From Anaerolineae bacterium (GTDB lineage: Bacteria > Chloroflexota > Anaerolineae > Anaerolineales > Villigracilaceae), in the NCBI GenBank assembly GCA_030123675.1, contig JASJYH010000004.1, positions 184 through 64,183 of the forward strand: a stretch of DNA of 64,000 nt, given 5' to 3'. The position numbers were made by a program, and so were the translations under genes. Under the pieces are notes generated by a model. The model made no database searches. It saw nothing but the letters and a program-made list of their open reading frames with translations, and was not told the DNA's origin. Each line of letters starts with the position of its first letter. Position 1 is the stretch's first letter. Shown piece by piece: positions 9,943 through 18,811 of this stretch.

Positions 9943-11481
9943 TTAGGGCGTGACCCATTCCGCATACAAATCCGTCAGGTCACAATTGCAATGCTGCTCT
10001 GCTAAGACCTTTAGGCTACTTCCGGTGCTGAGGCCCCAAGAATTAATCTGAACATATTCTTTTATGAAGGCCTCAAATGAATCTTCGCCCATAATATCAC
10101 GCAAGGCCTCAAAGAAGAATGCTCCACGTCCGTACACAATTGCCCCATATTCTGCGCCATTATACTCCGAGACGGGCAAGCCAATAGGCGTTTCAGGATA
10201 TGCAGTCCTTCTCCAGCGCTCTCGCAACGTATACTCAAATCCAACATCGCCGAATTTGCCATGTTTGTCCACGAAATATTGCCAGGTCACGAACTGGGTT
10301 AATGATTCATCCAGCCAGGGTTCATTAAGCTGGTCATTGCCAACCAGATTGTAAAACCACTGGTGGCCGGCCTCATGCACAACTGTTGCCTCCAAATAAA
10401 GATTATCTGCAGCTTTACTTATCGATCCGTCTCCATAATAAATTCGATCGTTCAGGGCAATAATTCCCGGATATTCGATCCCTAATGCATATGTCGGGGT
10501 CGAAATAATATCGAATTCTGAATAGGGATAAGGCCCTAGCCAATCGCCAAAAAATTCAATAGCTCCCGCAGCCACTTCAATCGCCATCTTGGAGCCGGCC
10601 TGCAGCTCTTTGGGGGCGTAACTATTATAGGTGATTTCCCCAATAGTTTTGGTGATGACTTGGTAATCTGGAGAGGCAGCCATGTAGAAATCCCGAACAG
10701 GGCCCGCAGCGTAGGTGACGATTTGCCTGCTACCGTTATCTTCACGTTTGATTTCTCTTCCAGCTGCGACAAGAACCAAATGTTCCGGTGCATCAACTGT
10801 CACTAGGAAAAAGCTTGCATCCGCATACGTTGGGTCACCTTGCGCAGCCGGTATTTCAGCATTCCAACCTTCGTCATCATACACAGCGATCATGGGATAC
10901 GCATGTGCCAATGTCAAGACACCATCGACAAAGGCCAAGATACCATAGTTGGATGTGATCTTAGTTGGTACAGTGACCGCAAATTCAAGTGTTATCTCAG
11001 CACTCTCACTCGGTTGTAGGGGGTCTGGTAGTGGGACGCGCATCAGGCTGTTTTGTAAGCTATAAATTGGATCAATTGACTCCCCATTCACTTGTAGATT
11101 ATCCACTATCATTTCCCCGTTTAATACATTGGGCAACAGCCGAAAATGAATTTCTTCCAGGGCAACATTCTCCTGATTCGTATATAGAACTTTTTGAGTC
11201 CCATGAATTTGGGTGAGGGAATCAGAAATTGTATATTCTATTGTGTAGAAGCTGGCCTGCCTTAGACTTTCCAAGAAATGCTGGTGAGACTCGATCAAAC
11301 CCTCTCGGAATATTTCCAAAGGACCCTCACCTGTATCCGAACCTGGATCGATTTGGCCTGCTTTCGAACTAGAAGCGGCCGGAATTGTGCTTTCATTTTT
11401 TTGACCGGAGCGAAAGTTAGGATTCAGACAAGCGCTAAGAATCAAGACCCAGAGAGTGAGCCAAAAGAATTGTAATTGCAT
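9943..11481 (-). CDS. M1-family zinc metallopeptidase (aminopeptidase N-like), probable lipoprotein
   Basis: 512 aa. HEAGHQWFYNLVGNDQLNEPWLDESL gives HEXXH plus the distal Glu. N-terminal signal peptide with LILSAC lipobox. Confidence 0.8.
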   Translation of the reverse strand: MQLQFFWLTLWVLILSACLNPNFRSGQKNESTIPAASSSKAGQIDPGSDTGEGPLEIFREGLIESHQHFLESLRQASFYTIEYTISDSLTQIHGTQKVLYTNQENVALEEIHFRLLPNVLNGEMIVDNLQVNGESIDPIYSLQNSLMRVPLPDPLQPSESAEITLEFAVTVPTKITSNYGILAFVDGVLTLAHAYPMIAVYDDEGWNAEIPAAQGDPTYADASFFLVTVDAPEHLVLVAAGREIKREDNGSRQIVTYAAGPVRDFYMAASPDYQVITKTIGEITYNSYAPKELQAGSKMAIEVAAGAIEFFGDWLGPYPYSEFDIISTPTYALGIEYPGIIALNDRIYYGDGSISKAADNLYLEATVVHEAGHQWFYNLVGNDQLNEPWLDESLTQFVTWQYFVDKHGKFGDVGFEYTLRERWRRTAYPETPIGLPVSEYNGAEYGAIVYGRGAFFFEALRDIMGEDSFEAFIKEYVQINSWGLSTGSSLKVLAEQHCNCDLTDLYAEWVTP

Positions 11482-11505
11482 ATTGTGCTTCTCAAGCTAG
11501 TAGCG

Positions 11506-11886
11506 TTAGGTTGATCTATCGTGCTGGCCTTTTTTGATAAAGGCCAAAGCATGATTGATTACTTCTTGGATGGTTAAGTTATCAGTTTCAAGAAACAAAT
11601 CGGCGTACTTTTTGGCATGTGCCAACCGACGTTGCTGCTCTTCGTAGTCGACTTCGGTCCAATAAATCATTTGGCTTCGTCTCTGTTTTGTAACCGCAAA
11701 AGAGGCTTGCAGGAATATCAAAACATCCGGGTTGGTGAGCCGTTTCCACATGTCTTTTACATAGGAATGCTCTTGGGCAATCTGGCGAGTAGGATACCCT
11801 AAATCATCAAGTTTTTGGGTTAGGGTAGATTTCCCAGATCCGCACGGCCCAACCACTCCAATGAAAGGCAGGTTACTGACTGTCAT
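11506..11886 (-). CDS. Small P-loop NTPase / kinase-like protein
   Basis: 126 aa. Walker A motif GPCGSGKST close to the N-terminus. No further family assignment is possible by eye. Confidence 0.5.
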   Translation of the reverse strand: MTVSNLPFIGVVGPCGSGKSTLTQKLDDLGYPTRQIAQEHSYVKDMWKRLTNPDVLIFLQASFAVTKQRRSQMIYWTEVDYEEQQRRLAHAKKYADLFLETDNLTIQEVINHALAFIKKGQHDRST

Positions 11887-12010
11887 GAATTAATTTGTGC
11901 AACCTATCCGGGCGGCCCAACCCTCCCAATGGGTCATTGCCAAGAATAGGATGGGCGTCTAGCGGGTGAAAATTTAAATTGCGATCCTGTCGCAATAATA
12001 TTATGCTCAT
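11873..12010 (-). CDS. Possible 45-aa ORF translationally coupled to the P-loop gene
   Basis: ATG at 12010, preceded by AAGAGG with a 7-nt spacer. Translation: MSIILLRQDRNLNFHPLDAHPILGNDPLGGLGRPDRLHKLIHDSQ. It overlaps the downstream ATG by 14 nt. Too short for the ORF track and I recognise no homology. Confidence 0.2.
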   Translation of the reverse strand: MSIILLRQDRNLNFHPLDAHPILGNDPLGGLGRPDRLHKLIHDSQ

Positions 12011-12210
12011 GTAGTAACCTCTTTGATTGCTCCTCTTGTCTGGTGTTCAAGCGCACAGCCGGGAGTAATCTGTATCCCAGCCAGGCTGTAAGCTGCAGCC
12101 TCGATCCTAACAGGAGGGCTGACTTCAGGTTCAGGTTCCGATAAGTAATAGTAACCTATCGCGCCCTGAAGCCCTTAACATTCTCCGTCTCGATTTGCTC
12201 ACACTCAAGC

Positions 12211-12915
12211 CTACCTAATAGGTAATCGGACACTCATCCGGCGAACAGCATCACCGACTCCTGAACGTACTTTCAATACAACGACACTGATATCATCAGC
12301 CGGGCGACCTTTGTCCAGGGAAACTGCATGTGCTAGCAGCGCATCCGATAATTCATTTGGGCTTGGATCACCCTCTTCGAGTACAGCCCGAATTTTATTG
12401 TATACATCCATAGGATGACCGTGCCGCTTTCCGGCATGGGTCAATCCATCGGTGTACATTACAATGGTAAGCCCAGGTGTGAGCTCTAATTCAGTGATGA
12501 CCGGGCGAATGTCCCTGCGAATCCCTAATGAAGAACTGGCTGTGTCCAACCAATCGACTCGGTCTGCATGGCAGATGAAAATCGGAACAGGGTTATTACG
12601 TGATAACACCACGGTATTCGATTCTAAATCGATAGAAGCGATGTTCATGGTGCAAGAAACCTTTCCATTTTTGTCAGTATAAAGCGCGTCAGAGACAGCC
12701 CGTGCGTCCGCACCATCCCGGACGCCTTCGGCCAGCAAGCCAATCACTTTCCGAACCACCATCATTGATACCGCTTTGGCTCCCCGCCCTGAGGTTTGTC
12801 CATCAGCCAGTACCACCGATACCCCGCCTTTGGGGCGCTCAACTACTTCAAGAGTATCCCCACTCTCTGAAGAGGCATACTTATTTATTTTTGCCACCGC
12901 AATTTGAACTTCCAT
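12211..12915 (-). CDS. SpoIIE/PP2C-family serine phosphatase (stand-alone catalytic domain)
   Basis: 234 aa. SpoIIE-type motifs SESGDTLEV, LADGQTSGRGAKA, MYTDGLTHA and ADDISVVVLKV. Confidence 0.65.
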   Translation of the reverse strand: MEVQIAVAKINKYASSESGDTLEVVERPKGGVSVVLADGQTSGRGAKAVSMMVVRKVIGLLAEGVRDGADARAVSDALYTDKNGKVSCTMNIASIDLESNTVVLSRNNPVPIFICHADRVDWLDTASSSLGIRRDIRPVITELELTPGLTIVMYTDGLTHAGKRHGHPMDVYNKIRAVLEEGDPSPNELSDALLAHAVSLDKGRPADDISVVVLKVRSGVGDAVRRMSVRLPIR

Positions 12916-12940
12916 AAGGATATTCTACATTGTTTCAAGC

Positions 12941-12969
12941 TTGACGTCATCCCTTGAAAAAGCTATAAT
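12941..12969 (+). promoter_or_regulatory. Candidate sigma-70-type promoter for rpmF
   Basis: TTGACG (12941-12946), 17-nt spacer, TATAAT (12964-12969), about 90 nt upstream of the rpmF ATG. Confidence 0.55.
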
Positions 12970-13058
12970 TCGCCCGTTAATACTTCCAATAACAGATAGA
13001 TTTAAATTTATTATGCTCGGCAAGTTGCCTGGTAAAGGGTACGAATAAGGAGAAAGAC

Positions 13059-13256
13059 ATGACCCCTCAACCGAAAAGAAAGATATCCAAGGGTCGCCGC
13101 AATCGGCGTCGTGCACATCACAGCCTAACGGCACGTAATTTAGTATCGTGTAGCAATTGCGGATCATTGCGATTGCCACATATTGTTTGTCAAAATTGTG
13201 GTCATTACAAGGGCCGCGAGGTGATCGAAATCGAGAGTGAAAAACAGGCCGAATAA
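13059..13256 (+). CDS. rpmF: 50S ribosomal protein L32
   Basis: 65 aa. PKRKISKGRRNRRRAH plus the CxxC...CxxC zinc ribbon (CSNCG...CQNCG). AAGGAG SD upstream. Confidence 0.9.
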   Translation: MTPQPKRKISKGRRNRRRAHHSLTARNLVSCSNCGSLRLPHIVCQNCGHYKGREVIEIESEKQAE

Positions 13257-13262
13257 CAAACC

Positions 13263-13295
13263 ACGAGCCGTGAAAATCACGGCTCGTTTGTGTTT
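13263..13295 (+). terminator. Intrinsic terminator after rpmF
   Basis: Stem ACGAGCCGTG / CACGGCTCGT with loop AAAAT, followed by TTGTGTTT. Confidence 0.65.
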
Positions 13296-13315
13296 AATGG
13301 CCTTTAGGTGAAAAA

Positions 13316-14260
13316 ATGGATCTTGATTCAAAAACCACAACTTTCGTTTTTCCCGGTCAGGGTTCCCAAACCCTTGGCATGGGGCGAGATTTAGCAAATG
13401 AATATTCTGCTGCAAAACATACTTTTGAGGAAGCCAATGATATCCTCGGATTTGATCTGTCAAAGATTTTATGGGATGGGCCGGCCGACGATCTAAATGA
13501 CACCATAAATACCCAACCAGCACTTTATGTTCATTCAATCGCAGCCCTAAATGTATTCACGCATCATTATCCTGACTTTAGGCCTGCTTCCGTTGCAGGA
13601 CATTCCCTCGGCGAACTTACTGCTCTAACCGCGGCAGGGGCACTGTCCTTTTCAAATGGATTGAAACTGGTTTGTAAACGGGGTGAGCTTATGAAACTCG
13701 CTGGAGAAAAATCTCCCGGGAGTATGGCTGCAATCCTTGGACTAGATATTGCTACGCTCGATAAAGTATGTGCAGATGCAAGCACACAACAGGAAATCGT
13801 CCAAGTCGCAAATGATAACTGTCCTGGGCAAGTGGTAATCTCTGGTTCGAAAGACGCAGTTGCGCGTGCCATTGAAGCTGCGAAATCTTCTGGTGCAAAG
13901 CGTGGCATTTTATTGGCAGTAAGTATTGCAGCACATTCCCCCTTAATGGATTCGATCAGTGCTGAATGGAATGAAGCAGTAATTTTAAGTGGAATGCTTG
14001 AACCGGAAATTCCGGTAATTGGCAATGTACACGCAAAGCAGATGAATACCAAAACTGAACTTCAGGAAGACATTAAATCTCAAATGCATTCACGAGTCCG
14101 TTGGACAGAATCGGTGCAGGAAATGCTGAAATCAGGTACTAAGGCGTTTCTCGAAATTGGAACTGGAAATGTATTGATAGGTATGATTCGGCGGATTGAT
14201 TCTACTGTAGTCAGGCATGCGTTAGGAAACCCAATCGATTTTTCTAATCTTGCTGATTAA
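13316..14260 (+). CDS. fabD: Malonyl CoA-ACP transacylase
   Basis: 314 aa. FPGQGSQ and active-site GHSLGE motifs. Confidence 0.9.
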   Translation: MDLDSKTTTFVFPGQGSQTLGMGRDLANEYSAAKHTFEEANDILGFDLSKILWDGPADDLNDTINTQPALYVHSIAALNVFTHHYPDFRPASVAGHSLGELTALTAAGALSFSNGLKLVCKRGELMKLAGEKSPGSMAAILGLDIATLDKVCADASTQQEIVQVANDNCPGQVVISGSKDAVARAIEAAKSSGAKRGILLAVSIAAHSPLMDSISAEWNEAVILSGMLEPEIPVIGNVHAKQMNTKTELQEDIKSQMHSRVRWTESVQEMLKSGTKAFLEIGTGNVLIGMIRRIDSTVVRHALGNPIDFSNLAD

Positions 14261-14299
14261 ACCCAAAACATCCCTATAACGAGCAATAGGGACCTGATG

Positions 14300-15211
14300 C
14301 GTGCAGAAGAAGGAGATATTTCAAATCCTATTCTAAGGAAAAGCTTCGTCGTGTTCAGGAATCGATCCTTGAGAACGAATCACTCGGGTATTCGTCAGAT
14401 GAAGCTGGTGCCAGTGAACTGCTTTCATTGGGGCTTAAAACTGCTAAAGCAATCGTAAGGTCTACGGGAAATTTGAAATGCTGGACGATGTGTGTAATGA
14501 GATCGAAGATGGTGACCGTAGCGCATTGATGCATAATAAAATTTGGATATTTTATAGCAAAACAGTTTCGACAGGGTCAACTAACATTACTAAAAATGGG
14601 ATTTTTAAGCAGAACAACAATGTGATTGTCCTGCATTCACCTGAAGTTGCTGCATTTTATGAGCGTGAATTTGAAGAATGTGGGCGGGGGAACATGGTTC
14701 ACTCTCGCCCTCAACCGTTGATCAACAAACTGTAAAAGTAAATGGCAACAAAGTACGAGCTTTGTTTGCTCCTGAAGATGAGATTGTTTCTAAAATTTAA
14801 TCCTATTTGGATAACGCACAAACCAATATCCGATTTTTGGCCTTCAGCTTTACCCATGACGAATTGGGCGATGCAATGTTGGCACGTGCAATTGCCGGTG
14901 TGGATGAATCCGGTGTCTTTGAAAAAGTAGGCAGTCAAACACAGCATGCAGAGCTGACCAAACTTTTTTGTGCAAATATTCCAGTTCGTCAGGATGGTAA
15001 GCCTTCCTTCTTAAACCGCAAATATATCGTCGTTGATGATCAAATTGTGATTACAAGTTCACTAAATTTCTCGAACAACGCCAATACAAGCAACGCTGAA
15101 AATGTAGTAATAGTAGACACTTCAGATATTGCGGCGTTATATATTCAGGAATTTGACCGCGTATGGACCCAGGGTAAGGTTCCAGATCCTGCTAAATTGA
15201 AATGTAACTAG
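14300..15211 (+). pseudogene. Decayed phospholipase D (HKD) superfamily gene: 5'-truncated, frameshifted, with an in-frame TAA
   Basis: PLD-like pieces occur in different frames:
- ALMHNKIWIFYSKTVSTGSTNITKNG: first HKD motif, with the motif Asp replaced by Tyr.
- The frame switches near 14690-14705 (EFEECGRGN... versus ...TVDQQTVKVNGNKVRALFAPEDEIVSKI).
- An in-frame TAA at 14798-14800 comes just before SYLDNAQTNIRFLAFSFT.
- The second motif is degenerate (LNRKYIVVDDQIVITSSLNFSNNA: the His is lost). Confidence 0.6.
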
Positions 15212-15347
15212 ACCATAACTAAATCCTTCAGGTTTCAGAAATATTAGAAAATTTAAATTGATCACTAACTTAATGTATAATCAGCACATGAAAATATCGA
15301 CTGACAAGTCTGTTTGTCAGCCCCGCATACTCAGCGGTCGATGAAGC

Positions 15348-15381
15348 ATATCTGATCAGAGAAATCTGATCAGATATTTTT
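15348..15381 (+). terminator. Hairpin with GAAA tetraloop and T-run (candidate terminator)
   Basis: Perfect 13-bp inverted repeat ATATCTGATCAGA / TCTGATCAGATAT with GAAA loop, then TTTT. A second hairpin, CTGACAA-GTCTGT-TTGTCAG, lies at 15301-15320. Confidence 0.45.
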
Positions 15382-15610
15382 AACCTACACAGGATGGTTT
15401 ATGTACCTATGCAATTCAGCCAACTAAATTGCCAAAACGCTTCCCTTGGCGTTAAACCAAGAGATTACCCCATGTTTCGCTCACAGGAACGGTCAATGAT
15501 GCTGCGGATGGACTCGCCCGCAAAAAAATGGGAGAAATGTCCGACCCGCCCAAGTTGAAGAAATATTTAAGGCAGGTAGTTAATTCGCGATTGACTGTAG
15601 GAGAAATACT

Positions 15611-17257
15611 ATGAAAAGATCACTTAATAACAAGAAACCAACCGAAACTATCATAAAAACTCGATTATCAAATTATGATCTTTCCAATCATGGTATTAGC
15701 AATTTGCGGCAAGCATATTGGAATTTACCAGGAGAAGAATTGCAAGAAGAGGCCATTTTTCGTGGTGAGGGCTCAATAGTTAATAATGGTCCCTTTGCGG
15801 CATTTACTGGGTTGCATACTGGTAGATCTGCGAACGACAGATATTTGGTTCGAGAACCCAGTACAGATAATCGAATCTGGTGGGGGCAGTACAATCGGCC
15901 GATGAATGAAGAGAATTTTGAAAGTTTGTATAATCGCTTACTAGGATATTTACAAGGAAGGGATTTATTTATTCAGGATGTTTATAGCGGCGCAGATGAG
16001 AATTACCGCTTACCTACCAGAATATTAACCGAGTATGCTTGGCACAGTATGTTTGTTCGAAATATGTTTATATTGCCTGAATCTACAGAGGAACACAAGC
16101 TGTTTGTGCCAGACTTTACAATTATCTCTGTTCCTGGTTTTAAAGCAAATCCGAGCGTTGATAATACAAACTCCGAAACTTTTATAGTTCTTAATTTTGG
16201 AAAGAAGGTCGCGATTATTGGCAACAGCGCATATGCCGGCGAAATTAAGAAATCGGTCTTTTCCGTTTTGAATTATTTGCTGCCATTAGAGGGTGTGCTT
16301 CCGATGCATTGTTCAGGTAATGCGGATCCCATTGACAGAAACGATGTGGCGCTATTTTTTGGGCTGTCCGGTACTGGAAAAACGACGCTCTCTGCTGACC
16401 CCAGCCGCAGCCTTATCGGGGATGACGAACATGGATGGAGTGATGAAGGCGTTTTTAATTTTGAGGGTGGCTGTTACGCCAAGGTAATTGGATTATCAGA
16501 AAAAGCTGAACCTGAAATATATGCTACTACCAGTATGTCCGGAACAATTTTGGAAAATGTTCCTTATGACCCTGTAACCCGATTGATTGATCTGAACGAT
16601 AACTCACTTACAGAAAATACACGCGCATCTTATCCGTTGGAATATATCAAGAATGCGATCCCTGAGAAAAAAGCTGGACACCCAAAAAACATATTCATGC
16701 TAACTTGTGATGCCAGTGGTGTCATGCCGCCTATCGCACGCTTAAATCCCGACCAGGCATTGTATCAATTTATTTCAGGCTACACAGCAAAAGTAGGTGG
16801 TACTGAGATTGGGATGGGAGCTGAGCCCGAGATAACCTTTTCTGCATGTTTTGGGGCACCGTTTATGGTCCATCACCCCTCGGTATATGCTGAATTATTA
16901 CGTAAAAAGATCGAGCAATATGAAGCTAGTTGTTGGTTGGTCAACACGGGATGGGTCGGTGGCCCCTTTGGTGTCGGTAAACGGATCAAAATTAGGTATA
17001 CGCGGGCCTTACTCAAGGCTGCTATTACTAAAGAATTCGATCAGGTTGAATTTTATATCGATCCGGTTTTTGGATTTGAGGTGCCCAAATCCTGTCCAGA
17101 TGTGCCTGCTGAAGTACTTGAACCTTGGTCATCTTGGCCAAGCCGAACAGAATATGATCTGCGTTATAAAGATCTGGCCAATCTATTCATCGAAAATTTT
17201 TCAAAATTTATGGACAAGACCAAACCGGAGGTCCTGGCAGCCGGCCCCAAGATGTAG
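15611..17257 (+). CDS. pckA: Phosphoenolpyruvate carboxykinase (ATP)
   Basis: 548 aa. GLSGTGKTTLS kinase-1a motif and IGDDEHGW, with overall PckA-like sequence. Confidence 0.9.
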   Translation: MKRSLNNKKPTETIIKTRLSNYDLSNHGISNLRQAYWNLPGEELQEEAIFRGEGSIVNNGPFAAFTGLHTGRSANDRYLVREPSTDNRIWWGQYNRPMNEENFESLYNRLLGYLQGRDLFIQDVYSGADENYRLPTRILTEYAWHSMFVRNMFILPESTEEHKLFVPDFTIISVPGFKANPSVDNTNSETFIVLNFGKKVAIIGNSAYAGEIKKSVFSVLNYLLPLEGVLPMHCSGNADPIDRNDVALFFGLSGTGKTTLSADPSRSLIGDDEHGWSDEGVFNFEGGCYAKVIGLSEKAEPEIYATTSMSGTILENVPYDPVTRLIDLNDNSLTENTRASYPLEYIKNAIPEKKAGHPKNIFMLTCDASGVMPPIARLNPDQALYQFISGYTAKVGGTEIGMGAEPEITFSACFGAPFMVHHPSVYAELLRKKIEQYEASCWLVNTGWVGGPFGVGKRIKIRYTRALLKAAITKEFDQVEFYIDPVFGFEVPKSCPDVPAEVLEPWSSWPSRTEYDLRYKDLANLFIENFSKFMDKTKPEVLAAGPKM

Positions 17258-17278
17258 GTTTCCGTGAGTTAATAAAAT

Positions 17279-17317
17279 AAATGCATCCAAATAATTATTT
17301 GGATGCATTTTGTTTTT
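17279..17317. terminator. Bidirectional terminator between convergent pckA and the PD40 gene
   Basis: 32-nt perfect palindrome AAATGCATCCAAATAATTATTTGGATGCATTT, flanked by a T-run (TGTTTTT) on the plus strand and an A-rich tract on the other side. Confidence 0.6.
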
Positions 17318-17352
17318 CCGCTGTTTCGATTAAAATGTCAATGCTTCGTGCT

Positions 17353-18411
17353 TTACGGTTCCCATTGCGGTTGCCAATCGGGTTCTGGATCATTCGTCAA
17401 CTGACTTTCATCGGAGCCATCCGCCCGCATAATGTAAATGTCGGCTTGATTGTTGTTTCGGAGGGAATTGTAGGCGATAAAATCTCCCTCTGGAGAATAA
17501 GAGGGGGAGTTGTTATTGCCGCCAAATGTTAACCTGCTAATTACGTTCTGTTGGGTATCAATCGTATAAATATCTTTATCACCTGGTGGACCCGCGGAAA
17601 GCAATAGGTAGCGGCCGTCGGGAGACCAATCTATACTTCCGGTAATGCCCAGCAAGCCTGTTGTCAGTTTTTGAGGCGCTGAATCCCCATCTGGTTTAAT
17701 GAGAAATATTTCGTATTCAAATAATTCCGAGGTGCTCATCGCAAATCCAATGGTGTCTCCAACAGGAGACCAAGCGGCGCCAACAATACTGGTAGGCCCG
17801 GAGAATTTTGGGCCTTCAAATAACAGGCGTAAGTTTTCACCTGTGCGATCCACAATGTAAAGGGAAGTCTGGCCTAGCTCATCTCGATTAGCGAAGACGA
17901 CCTGCTCGCCATCAGGTGAAAAATCAGGGGAGAATGCGTTTCCGATTTCATTAGTCAAGCCTACTATGGAAGAGGTGCTGAAGACCAAGAAGTACAAATC
18001 GAAAGTTCCCAATTCACGATTAGATGCGAACGCAATTGCGCCCCCACCCGGGGAATATGCCGGATAATAGTCATTTACAAAATTATCCGTGAGACGCAGC
18101 AGGCCGGAACCATCCTGATTGATGATACATAGATGGTTATAGTCCCCACGTGTGCATGTAAATATGATGCGATTTCCATGGAATCCAGTAGGGAATGGGG
18201 CCGGAGTACTTGGTGGTAGTTTTGGCGGGAGTGCAGTTGCAATTGAGATTGTGCTCGTTACGGAAACCGCTAAAGGGAAAAATTCATCTGGAGTGTAGGT
18301 TGGGACTGAGATAAAAATAATCGCGAGCAGTATTAGGATGATCAGACCAAGTGGAAGTTGTAAACCTTTTTTTTTGCTAAATATATTTTTGGGTCGTTTT
18401 CTCGGGGTCAT
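17353..18411 (-). CDS. Membrane-anchored TolB-like PD40 beta-propeller repeat protein
   Basis: 352 aa. N-terminal TM, then repeated PD40-type units (AYSPGGGAIAFAS, FSPDFSPDGEQVVFA, DWSPDGRYLLLSA, SYSPEGDFIAYNS). Confidence 0.7.
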   Translation of the reverse strand: MTPRKRPKNIFSKKKGLQLPLGLIILILLAIIFISVPTYTPDEFFPLAVSVTSTISIATALPPKLPPSTPAPFPTGFHGNRIIFTCTRGDYNHLCIINQDGSGLLRLTDNFVNDYYPAYSPGGGAIAFASNRELGTFDLYFLVFSTSSIVGLTNEIGNAFSPDFSPDGEQVVFANRDELGQTSLYIVDRTGENLRLLFEGPKFSGPTSIVGAAWSPVGDTIGFAMSTSELFEYEIFLIKPDGDSAPQKLTTGLLGITGSIDWSPDGRYLLLSAGPPGDKDIYTIDTQQNVISRLTFGGNNNSPSYSPEGDFIAYNSLRNNNQADIYIMRADGSDESQLTNDPEPDWQPQWEP

Positions 18412-18604
18412 TATCTAGGGAGTGTTGACATTTTGGTTTTTGTGTCCTTTCGATGAGCGAAGCGAACTCCCTTGAGTATCTGCTTGCAAACGATCGTTTC
18501 AAGGATTTCACGCTCCTGTCATCGCTCAAAATGACATGATCGCGTGGCTTTCTGCAAATGTCAACAGAACCTAGTCACATCAATTTTCCCGAGATTGAGA
18601 AAAT

Positions 18605-18811
18605 TTATAATGCCCAGGCTAACAGCATTCCAAATATGGCTGAGACGATACCAGCATGAAGGAAGAGATTGCTGCTTGCCAACCAATGTCCAGATGGCAT
18701 CACAAACTGTAAAATGAAATTGATTAAAACAAATAGTATTCCGATCAAGGGTAATAAACCCTTACGATGGACGAGAAAATTTGAGAGCCAATCAAGAAGT
18801 TTCGAGATCAT
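18605..18811 (-). CDS. Small two-TM membrane protein
   Basis: 68 aa with two hydrophobic helices. Its start overlaps the hflX stop by 4 nt, suggesting coupling. Confidence 0.45.
   Translation of the reverse strand: MISKLLDWLSNFLVHRKGLLPLIGILFVLINFILQFVMPSGHWLASSNLFLHAGIVSAIFGMLLAWAL

Noticed and set aside
12090-12150. Possible SRP (4.5S) RNA, because CAGGTTCAGGTTCCGATAAG vaguely resembles CAGGUCAGGUCCGGAAGGAAGCAGCC
   Set aside because: The GNRA tetraloop and the AGCAGC symmetric-loop nucleotides are absent. The flanks do not form the long closing helix expected of SRP RNA.
12925-13538. Minus-strand ORFs 12925-13179 and 13164-13538
   Set aside because: They overlap rpmF, its promoter and terminator, and the fabD 5' end on the opposite strand, and show no motifs.
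13567-14052. Antisense or alternative-frame ORFs inside strong genes. Examples: 13567-14052 in fabD, 19432-19856 in hflX, 8429-8857 in secD, 43026-43379, 43945-44367 and 44462-45189 in the GAF paralogs, 57629-58015 in fni, 60078-60452 in sucC.
   Set aside because: Each overlaps a gene with unambiguous family motifs on the other strand or in another frame. Their compositions (Ser/Pro/Arg-rich, no motifs) are typical of shadow frames.
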